DNA of 36,675 bases. It comes from a virus. A program made the translations under genes and the position numbers. Position 1 is the stretch's first letter, and the number at the start of each line of letters is the position of its first letter. The notes beneath the pieces were generated by a model, which was not told where the DNA came from, searched no databases, and was given only the letters and a program-made list of their open reading frames with translations. Below, one piece after another: positions 25,943-32,513 of the stretch. The DNA lies in IMG/VR virus record IMGVR_UViG_3300035042_000056, positions 1-36,675 of that record. The stretch is one strand, 5' to 3'.

Positions 25943-26973
25943 CTTTTGTTGGAGCTGATTCACCTTCATTTTTCAACTTCAAAGGACATATTGAAAAGAG
26001 TGCAGCTGATGAAATTGCAGTGCCGCCTTTGGCATTAAGAATTGACAGGCAGAATCTCAAAAAAGAAACTGATACTATTTTGACTGCAGCAGATAATGAC
26101 GGAAGTTTTGCGAGCTTCACTCTTGGTGAAAACTATTATGTGTATGCACTGCAGTCAGCTGATGGTGCTGAGCCAGAATTTGCAGTTTCAATCAATTCTA
26201 CTTATCCAGACGGTTACACAGAAAATAATTCGAGAAAGATAGGCGGCTTTCATTATGGACGTATCAGAACAAATGCTCAAAGATATGATGATGCAGCCTC
26301 AATTGCAGTCAATATAATTCCTAATTCAGTCTGGTCATTGAACTACAGACCTGCCTGTGACCCGACCGGAATGGTCAAAGTTTCAAACTTCTGGGCTGAT
26401 ATTTATCTTGCCAGTGAAGGCAGCGGCACCTGGCCGGAGACTGAACTTGTGAGTGAATATAACGCAACACCAGTCTCGGGAACTGAAGGTTATAATGATT
26501 ATGATTTCATTAGAGGGCTTGCAAATGTCAACAAAAGAAAATTAACTGGCCAAGAATGGGATATGGCTGCTTACGGAAGTCCCGAAGGCCATGATGGTGA
26601 TAACAATGCCGCCTGGTCTGCAACAAGCAACTCAGGCAGAACAGCAACTGGAACTGTAGAACAAGCGGTTTCCTGCTATAATCTTGTTGATTGTGCAGGT
26701 AACCTTTGGGAAAGAATAGATGAATATATGTATAGATATGCAGGCACTTCTTCATTTGACTGGCATGATGTTCTTAACATGGGAAAAGACAGCAGTTATC
26801 AGCATGGAGAAGCATATATGCAGGGAAATCCTTCTATTGTGGTCCTCCTCGCTGGTGGCAACTTCGGCAATGGCGGTAGTTGTGGTTCTCGGGCGGTCTA
26901 CTCGTACGGTTACCCGTGGTACGTGAACACTACCTTTGGCGTGCGTGGCGCCTGTGATCATCAGTCAGCCTGA
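25936..26973 (+). CDS. DGR target: receptor-binding tail-fibre protein with a C-type-lectin / FGE-like fold and a C-terminal variable region
   Basis: CAGNLWERIDEY (GNxWEW-like) plus the C-terminal GGNFGNGGSCGSRAVYSYGYPWYVNTTFGVRGAC scaffold. The last ~41 codons form the VR that pairs with the TR at 27393-27515. Confidence 0.85.
   Translation: MLTFVGADSPSFFNFKGHIEKSAADEIAVPPLALRIDRQNLKKETDTILTAADNDGSFASFTLGENYYVYALQSADGAEPEFAVSINSTYPDGYTENNSRKIGGFHYGRIRTNAQRYDDAASIAVNIIPNSVWSLNYRPACDPTGMVKVSNFWADIYLASEGSGTWPETELVSEYNATPVSGTEGYNDYDFIRGLANVNKRKLTGQEWDMAAYGSPEGHDGDNNAAWSATSNSGRTATGTVEQAVSCYNLVDCAGNLWERIDEYMYRYAGTSSFDWHDVLNMGKDSSYQHGEAYMQGNPSIVVLLAGGNFGNGGSCGSRAVYSYGYPWYVNTTFGVRGACDHQSA
26840..26962 (+). 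repeat. DGR variable repeat (VR)
   Basis: Aligns without gaps to 27393-27515 at an offset of 553. There are 15 mismatches, 14 of them at TR adenines. Confidence 0.9.
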
Positions 26974-27023
26974 TAATCTGAAAACGGTTTTTGGTTAGGT
27001 TTCGAACTTGAAGGAGTGATGAT

Positions 27024-27371
27024 TTGGCGGATCCGGAAGACTTAGATATATATCAAAAACATTATGATTTTATGTGTTATTTTTTCCCGGTGGTTGATAA
27101 CTTTCCAAAGTACGAAAAATTTGTTCTTTGCACCAGCATAAAAAATATAACACTTAAAATATTTGACTTAATAATAGAAGCTAATGAAACTTATGGTAGT
27201 AAATTGAGGTTTCTTAATAGAATAGATTTGCAGCTTAAAAAATTAAAATTGCAGGTTAGATTTGCAAGAGATATGACTCATTTATCACCGAGAAAACATG
27301 AAATTGTAGTCAAAAAAATAGACGAAATTGGGCGGCTTTTAGGCGGCTGGATTAAGTCTTGTAAAAAATAA
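27024..27371 (+). CDS. avd: Accessory variability determinant (Avd; four-helix-bundle protein)
   Basis: 115 aa between VR and TR. TTG start 7 nt after GAAGGAG. YQKHYDFMCYFFPVVDNFPKYEKFVLCTSIKNITLKIFDLIIEAN matches the four-helix-bundle/Avd pattern. Confidence 0.75.
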   Translation: MADPEDLDIYQKHYDFMCYFFPVVDNFPKYEKFVLCTSIKNITLKIFDLIIEANETYGSKLRFLNRIDLQLKKLKLQVRFARDMTHLSPRKHEIVVKKIDEIGRLLGGWIKSCKK

Positions 27372-27392
27372 ATTTTACAGGGCTAAGGGCGT

Positions 27393-27515
27393 TGGTCCTC
27401 ATCGCTGGTGGCAACTTCAACAATGGCAGTAATTGTGGTTCTCGGACGGTCAACTCGAACAATAACCCGTGGAACGTGAACACTAACATTGGCGTGCGTG
27501 GCGCCTGTGCTCATC
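27393..27515 (+). repeat. DGR template repeat (TR)
   Basis: Non-coding copy of the VR, rich in AAC/AAT codons in the VR frame (VLIAGGNFNNGSNCGSRTVNSNNNPWNVNTNIGVRGAC). I counted 28 adenines. Confidence 0.9.
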
Positions 27516-27766
27516 TAAAAATTTATCAGACAGTATGGGGTCAAGGCCTCTGCTGCAGTGTTCAAAAAGATGAACAGGCCTTTAGTCCTTCCTGAGATAC
27601 ATTTTGTCCCTCCAGGAAAACATATAAATTACTAATTAGATAGCAAGTAGCGAAATATCGAAAGCTGTCACGATTAGTTATGAGCTCGCTCTCATTTGAG
27701 CGGGCTTTAATATTTCACCTAATATATAGAGAGTGGTGATTATTTATCCCGAAAACAGTCAAAAAT
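27516..27766 (+). ncRNA. TR-RT spacer; likely the structured 3' part of the DGR RNA
   Basis: 250 nt, non-coding. Nested inverted repeats: 27543-27549/27576-27582, 27559-27564/27571-27576, 27589-27594/27613-27618, 27683-27691/27698-27706. Confidence 0.5.
27683..27714 (+). terminator. Terminator-like hairpin upstream of the RT start
   Basis: AGCTCGCTC / GAGCGGGCT form a 9-bp stem (one G-U pair) with loop TCATTT, followed by TTAATATT. Confidence 0.45.
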
Positions 27767-28858
27767 TTGTTTGAAAAAATAACTGACTATCATAAATTAG
27801 AGGAAGCAACAAAAAATGCTCAGAAAAGAAAACGATATAAACCGGAAGTATTAAAATTTAATTATAATTTAGAAAGAAATCTTATAGAAATACAAAATGA
27901 GTTAATCTGGAAAACATATAAACAGGGAGAATACAGGCAGTTTTATGTTTATGAGCCAAAGAAAAGATTGATCATGGCGCTCCCTTTCAGAGACAGAGTA
28001 GTTCAATGGAGCATCTATCAGACTCTTTATCCAATATTCGATAGAACATTCTACAGATACAGCTGTGCCTGCAGAAGGAAGAAGGGAACTCACTTTGCTG
28101 CATATCAGCTGCAGGATAAGATAAAGATAATGGATCGAAAGCCTGGCAAAACATATTTTCTCAAAGCTGACGTGTCAAAATATTTTTATCGCATAGTTCA
28201 TAAAAGATTATTTCAGTTAATCAAAAGGAAAATCAGCTGCAGAAATACATTAGAATTAATCTGGCAGATTATTAAAAGTGAAGATGGTGAATTTGGTATT
28301 CAGCTGGGTGATCACTTCTTTGAAAATAAGAAAGTCAAAGGAATTGGCACACCGATCGGTAATTTAATGAGCCAACTTTTTGCTAATATTTATCTTGACT
28401 TTCTCGATAAATTTGTAAAGCATACTCTGGGAGTCAAATATTATATTCGTTATATGGATGACTTCGTGCTTTTGGGCAAAGACAAAAAGAACCTTCACAC
28501 TATCAGGCAAGAAATAGAAATTTTTCTTGACGATTATCTCCAACTGCAGCTTAATAATAAAACTACTGTTGGTCATGTAAGTGAGGGAATTGATTTTTGC
28601 GGATATGTTTTATATCCGAGTTATAGTAATTTAAGAAAATCTACTAAAAAGAAAATGAAAAAGAGGTTCAAATATCTCAACAAAAAGTATTTTGAAGGGA
28701 AGGTGGATATTGAAGATATTAATGCAAGTGTTAATTCCTATTTAGGAATAATTAAGCACTGCGATAGTTATAATTTAAAAATGTCAGTAATAAGCAAGTT
28801 AGATGATCATATACTTGAACAGTTGGATTTAGGAGACCGGTTTAGATTAAAAAGTTGA
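27767..28858 (+). CDS. DGR reverse transcriptase
   Basis: PKKRLIMALPFRDRVVQ (motifs 1-2), GTPIGNLMSQLFANIYL (DGR-diagnostic IGNxxSQ) and YIRYMDDFVLLG (YMDD). There is no maturase or endonuclease domain. TTG is the first canonical start. Confidence 0.9.
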   Translation: MFEKITDYHKLEEATKNAQKRKRYKPEVLKFNYNLERNLIEIQNELIWKTYKQGEYRQFYVYEPKKRLIMALPFRDRVVQWSIYQTLYPIFDRTFYRYSCACRRKKGTHFAAYQLQDKIKIMDRKPGKTYFLKADVSKYFYRIVHKRLFQLIKRKISCRNTLELIWQIIKSEDGEFGIQLGDHFFENKKVKGIGTPIGNLMSQLFANIYLDFLDKFVKHTLGVKYYIRYMDDFVLLGKDKKNLHTIRQEIEIFLDDYLQLQLNNKTTVGHVSEGIDFCGYVLYPSYSNLRKSTKKKMKKRFKYLNKKYFEGKVDIEDINASVNSYLGIIKHCDSYNLKMSVISKLDDHILEQLDLGDRFRLKS

Positions 28859-28921
28859 TGCAATATACAGATAAACAAAAACTTTTGCCTTGTAGCGGGG
28901 GCTGTTTTGAGGTGAAAAGGC

Positions 28922-29380
28922 GTGAATGCAAAGTGGAGACCATTTATTGATGAAGTAATCTATTACTGGAATAAATTTTTTGAACATACCGTAATCAAAG
29001 GTTTTCTTGCGGCAGGGGGCACTATACTGACTATGCTATTTGGGGATATTAATGCAGCAATGCAGGGGTTTCTTATTCTTTTAGCTGCAGACTATATAAC
29101 AGGTTTAACAAAAGCTGGGAAAAGAGGGCAGTTATCAAGCTGGATGTCAAGAAAGGGTTGGGGAAAACTAGCAACCTATTCGATTGTGATTTCTTTAGGG
29201 CATTTGATAACTCAAATAGGCATGGATGGAATGAGAGATTTTGTATTATTGTGGGCTGGAGCAACTGAAGCAATATCAATATTAGAAAATTGTGATGAAT
29301 TAGGTGTAATAATTCCTGATTTTATGCGAGAAAAATTATTGAATACTAAAGAAAATAAATTTGGAGAGGAGCCAGATTAA
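28922..29380 (+). CDS. Holin (Phage_holin_4_1-like)
   Basis: LLAADYITGLTKAGKRGQLSSWMSRKGWGKLATYSIVISLGHL...EAISILENCDELGV. Multiple TM segments; precedes the endolysin. Confidence 0.7.
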   Translation: MNAKWRPFIDEVIYYWNKFFEHTVIKGFLAAGGTILTMLFGDINAAMQGFLILLAADYITGLTKAGKRGQLSSWMSRKGWGKLATYSIVISLGHLITQIGMDGMRDFVLLWAGATEAISILENCDELGVIIPDFMREKLLNTKENKFGEEPD

Positions 29381-29910
29381 TGGATAATATATTTAAAGAA
29401 GCTTTTGAGGAAGTAATGGAAATTGAGGGCGGCTATGTTAACCATAAAGATGATCCCGGGGGAGCGACTAACTTTGGCATTACAGAAGCTGTTGCCAGAA
29501 GAAATGGTTATGAAGGGAACATGAGAGATTTAAAGTTGCATCAGGCCAGAGATATTTATTACAAAGAATTTTGGTTAGATCATAAGTACAACAAAATTCA
29601 AAACCGAGATATTGCAAAAGAAATGTTTGATCAGGCAGTTAACATGGGACAAACTACTGCTAATAGAAATTTACAGAAATCTAACAATTTGTTAACAGCT
29701 GATGATGATATTTATCCTATCAGTGTTGATGGGGTAATGGGGCCGCAAACTCTGAAAGCCATCAATCATTGCAGCAAACCCATTGCTCTTTTTAATATTC
29801 TTAATGGCTATCAGATTAAGCATTATATTAATCTTGCTGAAAATAGCAAAAAATATAAATCATTTATAGCCGGTTGGGCTAATAATCGAATCGAGATTAT
29901 CAGAAAATGA
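29380..29910 (+). CDS. Endolysin: GH108 muramidase with a PG_binding_3 domain
   Basis: EIEGGYVNHKDDPGGATNFGIT (GH108 signature) and VDGVMGPQTLKAIN (peptidoglycan-binding). Confidence 0.8.
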   Translation: MDNIFKEAFEEVMEIEGGYVNHKDDPGGATNFGITEAVARRNGYEGNMRDLKLHQARDIYYKEFWLDHKYNKIQNRDIAKEMFDQAVNMGQTTANRNLQKSNNLLTADDDIYPISVDGVMGPQTLKAINHCSKPIALFNILNGYQIKHYINLAENSKKYKSFIAGWANNRIEIIRK

Positions 29911-30089
29911 ATTTATTCAAAGACTGGGATAAGTTATTAAAAGATGATGATTTTCAGCAAGACTTGATTTTTCTAATATATATAACTATTTTACTTATGT
30001 TCAATGTTATACCGAACGAAACTTTCAGTATGTTGGCAGCGGTTATAATAGGTGGTGATGCAGTAAAAAAGTTGGGAAGGGGAAAATGA
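29907..30089 (+). CDS. Small membrane protein (60 aa), lysis-associated by position
   Basis: ATGA overlap with the endolysin; hydrophobic core LIFLIYITILLMFNVI...MLAAVIIGG. Confidence 0.45.
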   Translation: MNLFKDWDKLLKDDDFQQDLIFLIYITILLMFNVIPNETFSMLAAVIIGGDAVKKLGRGK

Positions 30090-30538
30090 TGGGGCTATCA
30101 ATTAGTAGAGGTGGTGATTTAACACCGAAGCAACCAACTGTAGAAGAAAATATTGCGGCAGCAAATAAAATGCTAGATGAATATGGTAAAAAATTGGACG
30201 GCCAATATATTTATGACAATGGAATGTGGGATTTTTTGCTTTGGAAATATAAAGAATTAGGTAAGCCTGAAAGCGTGAAAGAGAAATTAATTAACCTTGC
30301 TGCTGGTCAAATGATTAATATTATTTTTGGAGGGGGTGATCTTGTGGATAAAGATGCTATTTTAGAACTTGTTGCTAATGCAATGTCTGATATTATGGAC
30401 CAAACAGAACTTGATGACATAGCTTTTGACAAAGCTGCTGATTTTGTAAAAGAACAAATCCCTGGCGATTATATAGAACCTGTAGTTGGCCGAGTTATGG
30501 TTGGAATAGGCGAAGAGTTAATGAAACAAAAAAAATAA
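30086..30538 (+). CDS. Hypothetical soluble acidic protein (150 aa); last gene before attP
   Basis: ATGA overlap with the upstream ORF; followed by a strong terminator. No recognised motif. Confidence 0.5.
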   Translation: MMGLSISRGGDLTPKQPTVEENIAAANKMLDEYGKKLDGQYIYDNGMWDFLLWKYKELGKPESVKEKLINLAAGQMINIIFGGGDLVDKDAILELVANAMSDIMDQTELDDIAFDKAADFVKEQIPGDYIEPVVGRVMVGIGEELMKQKK

Positions 30539-30557
30539 AATAATTATTTAGCATTTA

Positions 30558-30591
30558 ACCTCCAGACAAAATGCCTGGAGGTCTTTTTTTA
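30558..30591 (+). terminator. Rho-independent terminator of the late/lysis operon
   Basis: ACCTCCAG / CTGGAGGT form a perfect 8-bp stem with a 9-nt loop, followed by CTTTTTTTATTT. Confidence 0.75.
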
Positions 30592-30833
30592 TTTATAGAG
30601 AACTATATAAAGAGAGAATCCTGCACAAATCCTGCACCCAATCAGTTAACATATGTTAATATAATGAATTTGGAAAGAAAATAAAAACCCTATAATCTCC
30701 GTTATATCGTAGATTGGTTAATATTTGTTAATAATAGTAATTTGTACTCGCATAACATGTGATTGTGCGCATAAAATAACTAAAGTATTAATATAACAGG
30801 GATTATAGGGAATGGTCAGTGCAAAATCCTGCA
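30592..30833. other. Candidate attP region
   Basis: A non-coding ~240 bp adjacent to int, dense in direct and inverted repeats (see the repeat features and the attP finding). Confidence 0.45.
30617..30637 (+). repeat. Tandem pair AATCCTGCAC-N-AATCCTGCAC (distal)
   Basis: Exact copies at 30617-30626 and 30628-30637. Confidence 0.9.
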
Positions 30834-30845
30834 CTAATCCTGCAC
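30825..30845 (+). repeat. Tandem pair AATCCTGCAC-N-AATCCTGCAC (int-proximal; overlaps the int stop codon)
   Basis: Exact copies at 30825-30834 and 30836-30845, in the same orientation as the distal pair 208 bp away. Confidence 0.9.
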
Positions 30846-32006
30846 TGAGAAAACGGACCCTACAGCTTTTGAAATATCATTTCTCGCTCTTTCAAAATCT
30901 TTCTTTAGAAAATGGCTGTAAGTATCAGCAGTAATCACGTAAGAAGAGTGGCCGAGTAACTTTTGAAGTTCTTTAATATTTTTGTTTTCAGCTAAAAATA
31001 GAGATGCAAAAGTGTGTCGAAATATATGGGATGTGATCCAGTCAGGGAAGCCGCCAGCTTCTCTGGCTTTTCTTATTTTATTCTGTACAGTTCTGGGAGC
31101 ATAATGTTCTCCATCATCTTTGCAAAGAATTAAATTATGGTCCTTATATTCATCGCCTAAGTGCATTTTCATTTCCTGCTGCCTTTTCCAGATACCGCGA
31201 TAAAAGTTTGCTAGGCTATCTGATATAGGTATCTTTCTAAACCTATCAGCCGCTTTCGGAGTCTCTTTAAATACAGTTCCTCTGCCGATAACATAGACAG
31301 CAACCTGCTCAACAGTAATAATCCCCTTGCTAAAGTTTAAATCCTTCCACCTGGAGCCTATCATCTCCTCAAGACACATTCCGGTATTAATTGCAATGTA
31401 ACAATAATCAAATAGATACTGATCATAATCCTGAACAAATTCTAGCCATTTTTTAAGCATATCTCTATTGATTGCTTTTACTTTTTTCTTTTTCTTTGTG
31501 ACTTTTCGCTGAGTTTTGCCACCAGGCTTCCTGACATTCTGTATTGGATTTTGATAAATATAATTCATTTCATCGGCATAAGTGAGAGCAGAAGAGATAA
31601 TCGCATAATGATATTGTTGAGTTTTTGTACTTCCGCCGCGCTTTCGAATAGAAGTGAGGTAAGACTGAATGTGAGCCGGCTGAATCTCTTTAAGTTTTAA
31701 TTTACCCAGCATTTTTAGAACTTGATGATAGAGTACATTATAGTACCTATCATGAGTAACAGGAGACAGCTGCTCATCTACATACTCATCAAACCACCTG
31801 TCAATATACTGCTTGAAAGTCATGTTGGCAAATTCCATCAAGATGCCCGTTTCTTTTTCTAGCTCTTTATCTCTGGCCCACCTTTGAGCTTCTTTTTTTG
31901 TATCGAAAGTGCTGCTTTCTCTAATTTGTTTACCTTCAGAATCCCGGCCCATATAGACAAATACTTCCCAGTTGCCTGCTTTAGTCTTTCTGGGTTCACT
32001 TGCCAT
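30834..32006 (-). CDS. int: Tyrosine integrase with an N-terminal arm-type DNA-binding domain
   Basis: C-terminal HIFRHTFASLFL...LLGHSSYVITADTYSH (R..H-x-x-R..Y catalytic pattern). The N-terminal KAGNWEVFVYMGRDSEGKQIRESSTFDTKKEAQRW is arm-binding-like. Confidence 0.9.
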   Translation of the reverse strand: MASEPRKTKAGNWEVFVYMGRDSEGKQIRESSTFDTKKEAQRWARDKELEKETGILMEFANMTFKQYIDRWFDEYVDEQLSPVTHDRYYNVLYHQVLKMLGKLKLKEIQPAHIQSYLTSIRKRGGSTKTQQYHYAIISSALTYADEMNYIYQNPIQNVRKPGGKTQRKVTKKKKKVKAINRDMLKKWLEFVQDYDQYLFDYCYIAINTGMCLEEMIGSRWKDLNFSKGIITVEQVAVYVIGRGTVFKETPKAADRFRKIPISDSLANFYRGIWKRQQEMKMHLGDEYKDHNLILCKDDGEHYAPRTVQNKIRKAREAGGFPDWITSHIFRHTFASLFLAENKNIKELQKLLGHSSYVITADTYSHFLKKDFERARNDISKAVGSVFSVQD

Positions 32007-32009
32007 TGA

Positions 32010-32240
32010 TTAATCACCTTCTTTTTTGAGTTTTTCATTAATTTTTTTGAGATTATCAATTATAGCAGCTAAGGCCCAAAAAAGTCCGAAACCTACAAGG
32101 CCACTTGCGATATAAACGCCAATTAAATATGGATTAGCTTCCATTATACCTGATCCGTAATCAATATATCCAAATTCAAAAACACCTAACATCCCGCCTA
32201 AAGCTGACAATATACCGAGAAACTGCAAGAAACCTACCAT
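32010..32240 (-). CDS. Small two-TM membrane protein (76 aa) in the lysogeny operon
   Basis: Gly-rich hydrophobic segments and a charged C-terminal tail NLKKINEKLKKEGD. Lies between the repressor and int. Confidence 0.55.
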   Translation of the reverse strand: MVGFLQFLGILSALGGMLGVFEFGYIDYGSGIMEANPYLIGVYIASGLVGFGLFWALAAIIDNLKKINEKLKKEGD

Positions 32241-32243
32241 GAT

Positions 32244-32498
32244 TTATTCCTCCTTTTGCAAAACTTGCCTAGTGTTTCTAACTTCTGAAATTAAAGCTGC
32301 TAAACCTCCAAAAATAGTACCGACCGCAATAAGCATAATCCCGAAAGCTATACCTTGAAAAGCTCCAAATAAACCATAATTTGAACCCATCAAAACCATT
32401 GAACGCATTCCGCTGAAAGAAAAATAGAAAACTATTGCTGACAATAACCAACTTCCTGCTGTAAAAAACCAAAGTATTCCTAAAATTACATCTGTCAT
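32244..32498 (-). CDS. Small multi-TM membrane protein (84 aa) in the lysogeny operon
   Basis: Hydrophobic segments plus a charged tail SEVRNTRQVLQKEE; same architecture as the 32010-32240 product. Confidence 0.55.
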   Translation of the reverse strand: MTDVILGILWFFTAGSWLLSAIVFYFSFSGMRSMVLMGSNYGLFGAFQGIAFGIMLIAVGTIFGGLAALISEVRNTRQVLQKEE

Positions 32499-32513
32499 AA
32501 TTTGCCCCCTTTT

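Noticed and set aside
26720-26961. Track ORFs 26720-26926 (+) and 26752-26961 (-) inside the DGR target gene
   Set aside because: They are alternative-frame and antisense shadows within a well-supported 345-aa gene. The relatively GC-rich VR region lacks stop codons in several frames.
27392-27595. Track ORF of 67 aa (MVLIAGGNFNNGSNCGSR...) that could be read as a duplicated or pseudogenised C-terminal fragment of the fibre gene
   Set aside because: It has no RBS. It coincides exactly with the DGR template repeat, and the Asn-rich 'protein' is just the adenine-rich template read in the VR frame. It is annotated as the TR instead.
27767-28858. The RT as a retron, group II intron or Abi-type reverse transcriptase
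   Set aside because: There are no msr/msd-like inverted repeats and no intron domain V/VI or maturase/endonuclease domain. The IGNxxSQ motif, the adjacent Avd-like gene and an A-mutated VR/TR pair all point to a DGR.
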